DNA of 64,000 nt from positions 96,588-160,587 of the forward strand of contig JBAXWB010000007.1 in NCBI GenBank assembly GCA_037128595.1. The letters run 5' to 3'. Each line of letters starts with the position of its first letter. Positions within the stretch are counted from its first letter, which is position 1. The notes under the pieces are model-generated. The model was given only the letters and a program-made list of their open reading frames with translations, had not been told where the DNA came from and ran no database searches. Shown piece by piece: positions 19,297 through 28,664 of the stretch. The position numbers were made by a program, and so were the translations under genes. The stretch comes from a bacterium. Lineage in GTDB: Bacteria > Verrucomicrobiota > Kiritimatiellia > CAIKKV01 > CAITUY01.

Positions 19297-21432
19297 TTAG
19301 ATATGTCGCCGCTGAAATTCCGAAGGTTTAAGGCTCACATCCATCACGCCCGTCGGCAAATGAAGCTTAAAGTCATGAGAGCGGTCAAAATCGATATTCA
19401 TCAAACAGACCGAGCGATCCTCGGGAAAATAACTGAACATGATATAGTCACACTCGGTGCGAGGCAATAGCCCGTCATCCGTAATGTAAACCGTCCCGCG
19501 CGACTTATTGGCGAGATGCTTGAAAATATAGCCAGGCAGGCCCACGGAGTCCAGCACCGCACTCGGACCCTCATCCCGGTAAAGGGCCCCGGGATAACTC
19601 CACGAATTCAGGAAATAGACCTCGCCCTTTCCGAATTGATGACGGACCATGAGCGGAGAAAAATCCTCATCATCGCAAAGCATCACCTCCACGTCGCCGG
19701 TTATCTCCATCTCCCCCATGCACGTGTGCATGGTGCCGAAACGACGGGGATAGGCAAACTCGAACTGGCTGTTCATCCGGGAAGACTCGGAGGTCGCCCA
19801 ATAGAAACGCTTGCCCCGCCCCTTGACCTTAACCCCGCACAATTCAGAGAAATCACCGCCCCGCACCAGTTCTGTAACGGCATAATTCCCATAATTGCGG
19901 GTTTCATTGGTTGAAAGATGAGGGATCGAGATGAAAATACGCCCTCCCCGCCTAACATACTGCGAGATCAAAGCATATTGTTCTTCCGAACAGGTATTCC
20001 AGCCGGTAAAAATCAAGGTTTGATAATTCTCCACCAGGAAATCGACATCTATTTTCCCGGATAAACTCACGATATCCACGGGTCCGTAAGGGGTCCCTGA
20101 AATATAGCGGTTATAGTATTTCCCGGTAATATTCCGCCTTGGGAAAAAGACTTTCTTGGCGAGATCCCAACCCCGTTCCGGCGCCCCTTCAAACCAGAGC
20201 GGGTTTTGGTCCGCGAGGTTGTAGGCCCCGGCAATAGCCCGGTTGGGATTGAATTCGTCACAACACGTCAACAGGTCAAGGTTCCCTTTAGCTAATGCGA
20301 TCCTCGTCTCCGGCTGTCCCGCTGGGGTCCCGTTCTCCTTTACATAATCATAGAAGTCGGAGATTTCCTGCCGGTACCGCCGGGCGTGCGGCGAGTCGTA
20401 GTTAATGGTGTGATAGTGACGACGGGCCTCGTCCACGTAATCAGCCGAACGATTGTAATCATTTTTCCGCCCGGGTTGATGCAACTTTGGCATTTCAGTC
20501 ACCATCGGGGAATCCTCACAGAGATTTGACTGCAAGTACCAGTTCCCGCATTCATTGATCAACATTTTCGAGCCTGACATGTACTTGATATACATGCCGT
20601 TCCGGAACGATTCAAACCGGTATTTACAGCTATAGGGCAACCACGCATACCACTCGTGATTCATATGGGTGCCCCACCCCGCCAGGCCATATTGCCGGGC
20701 AAGGCCCCGACACAGCGCCGAGGCCATATTGTCGGCATAATCTTCAAACAGCGGAAATTCTATGCCGGCCTGAATCTCGTAATCCACGGCAAATGAGCCG
20801 CCGGTCGACATCAGCATCCCCCACCCCGCCTGATGATATTCATCGCACTTCGCCTTGACGGTGGCCCGGAAACCGTCAGCAAGCTGACTGAGCTTCACCC
20901 CTTCGGCGGCGCTGATCGATGTCAGGGACTCGTCAAACCGGAATGTAAATATCTCCCCGAAATCGGAGCCAAGATACCTGTCGCCAAAGCGCGAAAGCAT
21001 TTCAGAATATTTCTTTTCTGCGTGGGAATAGATGACCATGGAATACAAGTTCTTTTCTGCCGCCTTTTCAATGAAATCAATCATCCCTTCGCCGAAACGC
21101 GCATCACTCTTCGCAATTTCAGGCCAATCCCCCGGGGAGAGCATCTTCCGGTTTTTCCAGTCTGGCTGCGGAATGTCGACGCCGTCCTTAAACATCCCTC
21201 GCCACCAGGCCGCCGCCTTCAATTGGCTGCCAAGACAGTTTGGCCAAAGCTGGACAATGTTCCCCTGGTTCTCTTCGATCGTCTTGTCCAAATACCATTC
21301 CGGCGCATGATCCTCAGGGTTCCAACAGGTGAACAGGCGTCCAAGTCCGATGGTGTAATCGGCAAAAGACACATAGATGGCTGAGCCAATGAATATTCCG
21401 CACGGAGGCAACCGTAATATTCTGTCCGACAT
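19297..21432 (-). CDS. hypothetical 711-aa protein (no signal peptide)
   Basis: ATG with GGGAGAGAG RBS; first gene of an operon with the 1376-aa protein; no recognised motifs. Confidence 0.5.
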   Translation of the reverse strand: MSDRILRLPPCGIFIGSAIYVSFADYTIGLGRLFTCWNPEDHAPEWYLDKTIEENQGNIVQLWPNCLGSQLKAAAWWRGMFKDGVDIPQPDWKNRKMLSPGDWPEIAKSDARFGEGMIDFIEKAAEKNLYSMVIYSHAEKKYSEMLSRFGDRYLGSDFGEIFTFRFDESLTSISAAEGVKLSQLADGFRATVKAKCDEYHQAGWGMLMSTGGSFAVDYEIQAGIEFPLFEDYADNMASALCRGLARQYGLAGWGTHMNHEWYAWLPYSCKYRFESFRNGMYIKYMSGSKMLINECGNWYLQSNLCEDSPMVTEMPKLHQPGRKNDYNRSADYVDEARRHYHTINYDSPHARRYRQEISDFYDYVKENGTPAGQPETRIALAKGNLDLLTCCDEFNPNRAIAGAYNLADQNPLWFEGAPERGWDLAKKVFFPRRNITGKYYNRYISGTPYGPVDIVSLSGKIDVDFLVENYQTLIFTGWNTCSEEQYALISQYVRRGGRIFISIPHLSTNETRNYGNYAVTELVRGGDFSELCGVKVKGRGKRFYWATSESSRMNSQFEFAYPRRFGTMHTCMGEMEITGDVEVMLCDDEDFSPLMVRHQFGKGEVYFLNSWSYPGALYRDEGPSAVLDSVGLPGYIFKHLANKSRGTVYITDDGLLPRTECDYIMFSYFPEDRSVCLMNIDFDRSHDFKLHLPTGVMDVSLKPSEFQRRHI

Positions 21433-21508
21433 AGCGACACTCTCTCCCTGTCAGTTATTCTGACTCCCTTGATCGTCACACGCCATAACCGGGCGAACAA
21501 GTCGCCAT

Positions 21509-21534
21509 TTGTGACATGTTGCGCTGTATTGTGA
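21509..21534 (+). promoter_or_regulatory. TTGTGA-N14-TTGTGA direct repeat (site b), 77 bp upstream of the 711-aa gene
   Basis: aTTTGTGACATGTTGCGctgtATTGTGAc. Confidence 0.55.
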
Positions 21535-21561
21535 CATAGAACGGGACAAGAGATCAGCACC

Positions 21562-23247
21562 TCACCCTGCAGACGAAGAGGTACTTCTGTCCCGATCGGC
21601 ATCTTGCGGTATGACAGGTAGAATCAGTCGCGATGGGTATTCCCGCGAATGGTAAACCATCTGGACCGATTCCTGTAGTTCAGCTTCATCGCCCGCCGTC
21701 CTGCCGGTATTCGGGTTACGGGAATAATGAGGAAAATTGCTTCCGGCAATTTCCAGCCGGACGCCATGCCCCTGCATGAAGACATAGGCGGTTACATCCA
21801 CTTCAAAACTGAATTCATATACGGTACCGGGGTTCATCAGTTGCGGCTCCTTTTCGATTCCGCCGCGGAAACGTGCCCGCATGATCCCGTCACAGACATT
21901 ATACGGCCTTCCGTCAGGATACACATCCACCAGCTTGACGGCAAAATCAGCATCAGGCGTTGAGGCGGCGGCGAAAAGCGTAACGGACACAGGACCGGTT
22001 ACCTCCATCGGTTGTTCCAATGGCGGCAAGGTGTAAACCAGCACATCCTGTCTATTTTCGATATCAGACTGGTCGCGTTGCCCCGCATTTCCCACCCCGC
22101 GACCGCCACAGGTAGGGACCGGGTTTTGAGGGTCACTGATAAAGATATCCGGCGGACACTCATTCCCGTCAAGCTTGAACCGGCTCAGACGCCCATCCCC
22201 GCTCGCTGTATTGGCATGCCCATTGCCCCCGAGATAAAAAGGAGTCCAGTTCGTCCGCTTAAGCGGCCATTCATTCTCAAACCGCCATTTGTTTTCGCCC
22301 ATGACGAAAATCTGGAGAGGCGACGGATTCCCAGCTGATTCCGGGACCTGGCCTTTCAATAAGCATGTCAGGAAGTCGATTTCATGGTCTTCAGTAACGA
22401 GGGCAGCCGGGCCATAATCCAATTCACCCTCCTTGACATTAACCCCATGCCCCCAAGGGCCGATTCTCAAGCAAGAATACTTTTGACGCGGGGTTGAAGC
22501 AATGCCCGGGCTGTTGATGATTTCACTGAAAAAGGTAAACACTTTTGAGCCGATATGGTCGAACCAGCTATTCTGAAGAAATACGCCTACCTCGGTATCC
22601 CGGAAGCGGATTTTACTGGTTTTTTCTTTCCAATAGTTGTCCCTGCCATCGTGAGCCACAATCTCTTTCCATGAGGGACAAGGAATGCCGGCCTCGTCGT
22701 CTAACGAGGAAAGCGGTGTTTTCTTCAATAGTTCCGGCCAGTCTGGCAAAAGAGTCCCTTCGCTTTTGCGTTGTGTCATCCCCACATGCCAGGCGAGCAT
22801 GAAAGCCAACGTCAATACTCCATGGGTGTAATACACCGAGTAAAGATCGTTCTGAATGGCGGACGGCGCGATCGCTTTGAGTGCGGGATGCCGGCTGGCC
22901 GCCGCCGCCAACTGGGTAAAGCCGGCGTAGGAGCCTCCCACCATGCCGATATTGCCGTCACACCACGACTGTCCCTGTATCCACTCAAGCAGCGCATAGG
23001 CATCATCCTGCTCATTCACCCATGGCGTGAAATTACCACCAGACTTAAACCGGCCTCGACAATCCGCACATACAAAGGCAAACCCGTGCCCGGCCCACTT
23101 CATCGCAGCTGGAAGATGACCACTGGTGACATCATAGGGGGACAGGAGCAGGACGACAGGGTACGCCCTGGCGTCATCGGGAGGCAGATACACATTGCAC
23201 GTCAACTTCACGCCATCGCGCATGATTACTGGTTCATCAGTGATCAT
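21562..23247 (-). CDS. CocE/NonD family hydrolase (X-Pro dipeptidyl-peptidase S15-like alpha/beta hydrolase)
   Basis: GMVGGSYAG nucleophile elbow; PYDVTSG ... VCADCRG typical of CocE/NonD. Start taken at ATG 23247 (MITDEPVIMRDGVKL) rather than the upstream track start. Confidence 0.7.
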   Translation of the reverse strand: MITDEPVIMRDGVKLTCNVYLPPDDARAYPVVLLLSPYDVTSGHLPAAMKWAGHGFAFVCADCRGRFKSGGNFTPWVNEQDDAYALLEWIQGQSWCDGNIGMVGGSYAGFTQLAAAASRHPALKAIAPSAIQNDLYSVYYTHGVLTLAFMLAWHVGMTQRKSEGTLLPDWPELLKKTPLSSLDDEAGIPCPSWKEIVAHDGRDNYWKEKTSKIRFRDTEVGVFLQNSWFDHIGSKVFTFFSEIINSPGIASTPRQKYSCLRIGPWGHGVNVKEGELDYGPAALVTEDHEIDFLTCLLKGQVPESAGNPSPLQIFVMGENKWRFENEWPLKRTNWTPFYLGGNGHANTASGDGRLSRFKLDGNECPPDIFISDPQNPVPTCGGRGVGNAGQRDQSDIENRQDVLVYTLPPLEQPMEVTGPVSVTLFAAASTPDADFAVKLVDVYPDGRPYNVCDGIMRARFRGGIEKEPQLMNPGTVYEFSFEVDVTAYVFMQGHGVRLEIAGSNFPHYSRNPNTGRTAGDEAELQESVQMVYHSREYPSRLILPVIPQDADRDRSTSSSAG

Positions 23248-24718
23248 TTTTTGAATCCTCAGAAAGGGGCCTACTTTCCCCATGGAACACGCACGCCTCT
23301 CCACCGCGTTTCTTCCATTCCTTGTATACCATGGCGAGCAATATCAAACCCAAGCTAGCGAAAAAAAGTTGCCAGCCCGGAATTAACCGGTAACAGAAGT
23401 CTTGCCCGTAGATCATATCCGGGTAAATCCGCCGCATCCGATCGATGTACAGGCCCCCGATGATACCTGAGGCCACACCGACCAGCGCGGTACAAATTGC
23501 CAGAAACGAACAGAACTGGCCAAATTGCTCACGGGGGAAGAGGCGCATGTAAAGCGGCATGAGCGTTGCGGCATAGATTTGCCAGAAGATCACACTAATG
23601 ACGTTCAAACTCAAAAGGATCTTGAAATTAACGGATGGCTCGAAATGGGTGAACAGCCACACGAAGTTGAGCGGCATCCAGATGACCATCCCCAGCTTCA
23701 GCCACACCATCACCCGCATGGGATGGAACCGGTCCGCCAGCATTCCCGCCGGATAGGCCAGCAACCCTGTCGCCACACTCGTAATACCGGCAAGGATCCC
23801 GATTTGTGCCAGCGTGAGGCCCAATGACAAATACATGAACACAAGGAATGCGGCACAAGCCGAGGCCAGGGTCCACACCATGGTATGCAGGTAAAGGAGC
23901 ACGAATAACTTCTGATGGAGACACTCCTTCACATAGACGCGTATCCTGGCCAGGGAGCCATCACCCACCGGGCGCGAGGAAGGAGGGGGATACTCCCCTT
24001 CTTTCACGCGGAAACACATCATCACAAATCCGACGCAATACAGTAAGCCGGCCACTACAAAAATAACCCTCATGTGGGTCAGCGCGTGCTGGAAAACGAA
24101 AAATTCATAGAGCGCGCCCCCAGCCAGGCCTACCACACGGGCCAAGGCAAGGAAACGGGCAATCACCTCCCGCGGAACCACATCGTTGAAAAAATAGTAG
24201 AACAGCGTACTGATGAATAATTCAGCAATCCGGAATAGAGCAATAACGGCACCAATCACCCCGATGGTAATGGCACTCAAGCTTAACCCGGTTGCCCGCC
24301 CAAGCCCGAGATCGTACAAACCCCGTCCAATTTCTGGGAAAAACCCCATTACACACAGGAGGATCCCGATAAATGGCGAGGCGATCAGCATAAAAGGACG
24401 GCGCCTGCCCCACGAACTGCGATAACGGTCACTGGCGGTACTGATCAACGGATTGAGGAGCAAGTTGAGAATCTGGGGTAGACTCACCATGACGGCGCCG
24501 ATCACCCAGTTTGGCGCCTGAAGTTCCTTGATCTTCAGGGGGATAATGCTGGCCCACACCTTCTCCATGATGACGAAACAGAAGTCGCCCCATAGCAGCC
24601 AGAAGAACAGCGTGACCAGCCCGGCGGCCGTATAGGTCAGCGTGCCGGCCTGGTACGTTTTACAAGGTACCCCGTCAGCGGATGCCGAAGGACCCTCGGG
24701 TGTCAGCGGGCTATTCAT
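23237..24718 (-). CDS. MFS transporter, glycoside-pentoside-hexuronide (GPH) cation symporter family
   Basis: About 12 TM segments; DRYRSSWGRRRPF, the GPH family D-R-x-x-x-x-G-R-R-R-P signature. Confidence 0.75.
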   Translation of the reverse strand: MNSPLTPEGPSASADGVPCKTYQAGTLTYTAAGLVTLFFWLLWGDFCFVIMEKVWASIIPLKIKELQAPNWVIGAVMVSLPQILNLLLNPLISTASDRYRSSWGRRRPFMLIASPFIGILLCVMGFFPEIGRGLYDLGLGRATGLSLSAITIGVIGAVIALFRIAELFISTLFYYFFNDVVPREVIARFLALARVVGLAGGALYEFFVFQHALTHMRVIFVVAGLLYCVGFVMMCFRVKEGEYPPPSSRPVGDGSLARIRVYVKECLHQKLFVLLYLHTMVWTLASACAAFLVFMYLSLGLTLAQIGILAGITSVATGLLAYPAGMLADRFHPMRVMVWLKLGMVIWMPLNFVWLFTHFEPSVNFKILLSLNVISVIFWQIYAATLMPLYMRLFPREQFGQFCSFLAICTALVGVASGIIGGLYIDRMRRIYPDMIYGQDFCYRLIPGWQLFFASLGLILLAMVYKEWKKRGGEACVFHGESRPLSEDSKNDH

Positions 24719-24726
24719 AATCAGGA

Positions 24727-26538
24727 CTATTCAGCGACCGGGGCCCTGCTTTTCTTGCGCTTTATACCCAACCCTGATTCCGCGATCTCGCCTTTGCAGT
24801 TATCAACCATCACATCGATATCCGGACCTTTTGCCTCGTATACGATGGAACAATCGCTGAACTCACAGTTTTTGAAGTGAACCAGACGGGTGTCGCTGTC
24901 GGCAATGAAGTGCACATTTGTGAGATTGCAGTCCACGAAACTGAAATAGGTTCCCTTGATCCGCTTGACGTCGTTAAGGGTTTCGTGTTCGAACCTGAGA
25001 GGACGCGTTTCAACGGACTTCGCCGGCGTGTGGACGAAGCCGTCATTAAATCCCTTGGGATCAAATATGATAGAGAGGGTCTGGAATTTTTCGTAAAGAT
25101 TTCCCTGCATACTGGCAACGCCCGTCCGTGTCTTGAAGCCGGTGTCGCCCATGAAATGGTTCTTACGGAAGGTATAGTTGTGCGTACGGCCCCACACGTA
25201 CACATTCTTCTCGAATTGATTCCCTTCAAATATCATCTCACTCCCGGCGCAAACCACGAGGTCGCCCTTGCGGTTGTCCTTGAAGGTGTTGTTCCTGAAC
25301 ACGACATCCTGCATAAAGTCCCACCCATCTTCAAAATCGATACCACACCCCGGTGCGGTACCCCCGTTTCCTTCAAATCGGTTTTCCTCGATGAGCCATC
25401 GCTGCCCCCCGCAAAACGCGAAGCCCAACCGCCTGTTGCCCGCGAGAATGTTATGATGAAAATGCACGTCCATCGGGGGGCGGGAACTGAGAACGGCCCC
25501 GTAGAGTGAAGGAGCTTCAGGGCCTTTGGCCTCAGGCTGATTAAATTCCAAACGAACGAATTTCCCGCCTTCCGGTATCGCTGTTTTCTTAAACTGAATA
25601 CAGGATTTCTTCTGAAGGAACTTCATATCCTTGTCATAGAAGCATGCCTGATAATACCGATCCATCACCGCCGGATAACTCATATACCCGAACATGAACC
25701 CGAACTCGAGTTCCCCATTGAATTCCTCACCCGGCAGTTCATAGGGTTTTATCGTCCGCGTCTTCAGTGCATCCGGCTCCGGTACGCCGGCGTTTGAAAG
25801 GGCACCCTGTTCAAGGTTTTTCGCCATCACCTTCAGACAGCGCTTGGCGTCCTTGAACGGAAGACCGGCATTGGAACGGATGCCATCGCCGGTACAATTG
25901 GTGACGGTGACATGATCGACCTCCAAATTGACGCCTCCATCGAAGACCAGACCGCACCCCCACTCGTGCGTCCCCGGCACGGTCTTGTAGTCATGTGACT
26001 CCTTGTCCCCGCACAGTCGGCCGTTAGTAAGTCTGACATTTTCAGCCCCGTGCTCAAACCTGAAGATGGCATATTTCGGGAGCCCGTTTGGATTGATCCT
26101 GAACGTTGCCCCATTCAGGTCAATGATCATATCCTTGTTGATGATCACCACCGGGTTTGACTCGCCAATCAGGTAGGTCCCGGGCGGAAATACAATCCGA
26201 TTGGCTCCTGCCGCCTGAGCCTCCCGAAGGGCCAGGTTGATTCCTTGCGAGGTTTCAACAGGATTTGTGGCATTGCAGCTGATGTGAAATTTATCGAGGT
26301 CAATGCGGTATTCCCGGGTATGCTTCGAGTCGTCCGCCGTCGCTTTCGGGGTTTTAGTAATCGCGACCGGCGTCGCTTTCAAGTTCCCATGATAGGCCCC
26401 GTCCATTTTGCCGTTTCGGGCTTCTTCAGGCACCCACTCGTACTTGTTTTCCGAACTGAAGCAAGGATGGACGAGCACACATGCCGCCATGAGTGCTGTG
26501 ATAATGGCCTCTTTTGCTTTTTCAGGAAGGGTTAACAT
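24727..26538 (-). CDS. right-handed parallel beta-helix repeat protein (pectate-lyase-fold glycoside hydrolase / polysaccharide lyase candidate)
   Basis: Signal peptide MLTLPEKAKEAIITALMAACVLVHP (start moved to ATG 26538). Repeated NxxxxN/GxxG beta-helix rungs: HFHHNILAGNRRLGFAFCGGQ, NNTFKDNRKGDLVV, GNQFEKNVYVWG. Confidence 0.6.
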   Translation of the reverse strand: MLTLPEKAKEAIITALMAACVLVHPCFSSENKYEWVPEEARNGKMDGAYHGNLKATPVAITKTPKATADDSKHTREYRIDLDKFHISCNATNPVETSQGINLALREAQAAGANRIVFPPGTYLIGESNPVVIINKDMIIDLNGATFRINPNGLPKYAIFRFEHGAENVRLTNGRLCGDKESHDYKTVPGTHEWGCGLVFDGGVNLEVDHVTVTNCTGDGIRSNAGLPFKDAKRCLKVMAKNLEQGALSNAGVPEPDALKTRTIKPYELPGEEFNGELEFGFMFGYMSYPAVMDRYYQACFYDKDMKFLQKKSCIQFKKTAIPEGGKFVRLEFNQPEAKGPEAPSLYGAVLSSRPPMDVHFHHNILAGNRRLGFAFCGGQRWLIEENRFEGNGGTAPGCGIDFEDGWDFMQDVVFRNNTFKDNRKGDLVVCAGSEMIFEGNQFEKNVYVWGRTHNYTFRKNHFMGDTGFKTRTGVASMQGNLYEKFQTLSIIFDPKGFNDGFVHTPAKSVETRPLRFEHETLNDVKRIKGTYFSFVDCNLTNVHFIADSDTRLVHFKNCEFSDCSIVYEAKGPDIDVMVDNCKGEIAESGLGIKRKKSRAPVAE

Positions 26539-26583
26539 GCCGCTTATTCTTCCACGTCTCTTCAGGGCACACAAGACTCCCAT

Positions 26584-26609
26584 TTGTGACATGTTACGGT
26601 GAATTGTGA
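26584..26609 (+). promoter_or_regulatory. TTGTGA-N14-TTGTGA direct repeat (site c), 46 bp upstream of the beta-helix gene start
   Basis: aTTTGTGACATGTTACGgtgaATTGTGAt. Confidence 0.55.
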
Positions 26610-26625
26610 TGACCCTCGCTTTTAT

Positions 26626-26703
26626 TTGGTCGTAGACCATCCCTGCTTCGCTAAAGCTACGCAGGGCAGGCCGTAGCTCAAGCCGAACGGCGCCGAGCGA
26701 AGG
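26626..26703. repeat. copy A of a ~47-bp flank repeat (TTGGTCGTAGACCATCC ... CCGTAGCTCAAGCCGAACGGCGCCGAGCGAAGG), split by a 28-bp GC hairpin insert
   Basis: Near-identical to 27023-27070, which abuts the tRNA-Gly 3' end. The insert is CCCTGCttcgctaaagctacGCAGGG. Confidence 0.7.
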
Positions 26704-26946
26704 CTACCAAAGGTGCTTGTGCGCGAAGGCATGTCCAGATCCGGTCTTGAAATATTGCTCAAGCCGCCGGGCCTGATCTTCAGTACGTACTGCCACGTAC
26801 GTAACGATTTCCCACGGGCAAAACCTTGAAGTATAGGGGCATTCCCCGGCATTGTGGGTAATCAGTCGAGATTCAACATCCGAAGTCATTCCCACATACG
26901 TTTTATTGGGCCGAGAGATGCTTCGAATCAAATAGACAAAGTACAT
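26704..26946 (-). CDS. GIY-YIG family nuclease (stand-alone, 80 aa)
   Basis: MYFVYLIRSISRPNKTYVGMTSDVESRLITHNAGE is the canonical GIY-(x10)-YVG ... R ... HN GIY-YIG core; sits between the two copies of the flank repeat. Confidence 0.7.
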   Translation of the reverse strand: MYFVYLIRSISRPNKTYVGMTSDVESRLITHNAGECPYTSRFCPWEIVTYVAVRTEDQARRLEQYFKTGSGHAFAHKHLW

Positions 26947-27022
26947 CCTGTGATCGTGCCCTCCTACGCCCTGCGGCTTCGCCTTGTGCTTCGCAGGGCA
27001 TCCTTCGCTCGGCGCCTATGGC

Positions 27023-27070
27023 TTGGTCGTAGACCATCCGTAGCTCAAGCCGAACGGCGCCGAGCGAAGG
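27023..27070. repeat. copy B of the flank repeat, immediately 3' of tRNA-Gly; its last 15 nt (GGCGCCGAGCGAAGG) are also present inverted at 27002-27016
   Basis: Read directly; see copy A. Confidence 0.7.
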
Positions 27071-27071
27071 A

Positions 27072-27147
27072 TGGAGCGGGCGACCGGGTTCGAACCGGCG
27101 ACCATCTGCTTGGAAGGCAGAGACTCTACCAACTGAGTTACACCCGC
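27072..27147 (-). tRNA. tRNA-Gly (anticodon TCC) with encoded CCA
   Basis: Reverse complement GCGGGTG-TA-ACTC-AGTTGGTA-GAGT-C-TCTGC-CTTCCAA-GCAGA-TGGTC-GCCGG-TTCGAAC-CCGGT-CGCCCGC-T-CCA. All stems pair. Confidence 0.85.
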
Positions 27148-27260
27148 TTTGTGTGGTAAGACAGCGCTTCTTATATCAGACGCTGCTGGAAGCGTCAACA
27201 TTGTGCGCTGGACTCCAAAATCAGGCGTGGTATGATTGACCGAATATTTAGGAGAAACCC

Positions 27261-28664
27261 ATGAAAAAGAAGAATGATTTTATCGTTAAAGACATGTCGC
27301 TGGCCGCTTTCGGCCGCAAGGAAATCGAACTGGCCGAGAAGGAAATGCCCGGCCTGATGGCCATGCGCGCGGAATTCGGCAAGAAGAAACCCCTCAAGGG
27401 CGCCCGTATCACCGGCTCGCTCCATATGACGATTCAGACCGCCGTCCTGATCGAAACGCTCCAGGATCTGGGCGCCAAGGTCCGCTGGGCCAGCTGCAAT
27501 ATCTTCTCCACCCAGGATCATGCCGCCGCCGGCATCGCCGCCACGGGTACCCCGGTCTTCGCCGTCAAGGGCGAGTCCCTGGAAGACTACTGGGATTACA
27601 CCGACCGGATTCTGGACTGGGGTAACGGACAGGGTCCGAATATGATTCTCGATGACGGCGGCGATGCGACCCTGTTTGTGCATCTGGGCTTCCGGGCCGA
27701 GGAAGATCCCTCCATCCTCAACCGCAAACCGGAGAGCCATGAGGAAGCCATCCTGCTGGCCCAGCTCAAGAAGTCCCTCAAGAAGGACCCCAAGCGCTTC
27801 CACCGGATTATCAAGGAGATTCGCGGCGTCAGCGAAGAGACCACCACCGGGGTTCACCGCCTGGAGCAGATGCACGCCCGGGGCGAACTGATGATGCCGG
27901 CCTTCAACGTCAATGACTCGGTCACCAAGTCGAAGTTCGACAACCTCTACGGCTGCCGCCACTCCCTGACGGACGGGATCATGCGCGCCACCGATGTGAT
28001 GCTGGCCGGCAAAATCTGTGTCGTGGCCGGCTACGGCGACGTCGGCAAGGGCTGTTGCCAGTCCCTGCGTGGCCAGGGCGCCCGCGTGATCGTGACGGAA
28101 ATCGATCCGATCTGCGCCTTGCAGGCCGCGATGGAAGGGTATCAGCTCATGACGATGGATGAGGCCTGCCCGATCGCCGACGTCTTTGTCACCGCCACCG
28201 GCTGCAGTGATGTGATCACCGAGAAGCACATGCGCCAGATGAAGGACATGGCCATCGTCTGTAACATCGGCCACTTCGACAGCGAAATCCAGGTCGAGGC
28301 GGTTAAGAAGTATAAGTGGCTGGAAATCAAGCCGCAGGTCCACAAAATCACGTTCCCCAGCAAGCGCAGCATCATCATGCTGGCCGAGGGACGGCTCGTG
28401 AATCTGGGTTGCGCCACGGGTCACCCCAGCTTTGTGATGTCGGCCAGCTTCACCAATCAGGTGATGGCCCAGATCGAGCTCTACACGGACACGGCCAAGT
28501 ATCCCGTGGGCGTGTACGTGCTGCCCAAGCGGCTGGACGAGAAGGTCGCGGCCCTGCACCTTGGCAAGCTCGGTGTCAAACTCGAGAAGCTTACCAAGAA
28601 ACAGTCCAAATATCTCGGAATCCCTGAAAATGGTCCCTTCAAGCCCGCGCATTACCGGTATTGA
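27261..28664 (+). CDS. ahcY: adenosylhomocysteinase (S-adenosyl-L-homocysteine hydrolase)
   Basis: 467 aa; [28 protein letters not shown]; NAD domain [40 protein letters not shown]; highly characteristic. Confidence 0.95.
   Translation: MKKKNDFIVKDMSLAAFGRKEIELAEKEMPGLMAMRAEFGKKKPLKGARITGSLHMTIQTAVLIETLQDLGAKVRWASCNIFSTQDHAAAGIAATGTPVFAVKGESLEDYWDYTDRILDWGNGQGPNMILDDGGDATLFVHLGFRAEEDPSILNRKPESHEEAILLAQLKKSLKKDPKRFHRIIKEIRGVSEETTTGVHRLEQMHARGELMMPAFNVNDSVTKSKFDNLYGCRHSLTDGIMRATDVMLAGKICVVAGYGDVGKGCCQSLRGQGARVIVTEIDPICALQAAMEGYQLMTMDEACPIADVFVTATGCSDVITEKHMRQMKDMAIVCNIGHFDSEIQVEAVKKYKWLEIKPQVHKITFPSKRSIIMLAEGRLVNLGCATGHPSFVMSASFTNQVMAQIELYTDTAKYPVGVYVLPKRLDEKVAALHLGKLGVKLEKLTKKQSKYLGIPENGPFKPAHYRY

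Noticed and set aside
27016-27201. 61-aa minus-strand ORF (…AGVTQLVESLPSKQMVAGSNPVARS…)
   Set aside because: It is the in-frame translation of tRNA-Gly and its flank, not a protein gene.
27148-27260. Possible SAH riboswitch in the ahcY leader
   Set aside because: A hairpin (CAGCG...CGCTG / CGCTTC...GAAGCG) is present. The conserved SAH-riboswitch blocks (AGGCUCGG, CAACGGCGCUCA) are not recognisable, and the element is mainly known from Proteobacteria.
27195-28652. 485-aa minus-strand ORF
   Set aside because: Antisense shadow of ahcY, which is unambiguous.
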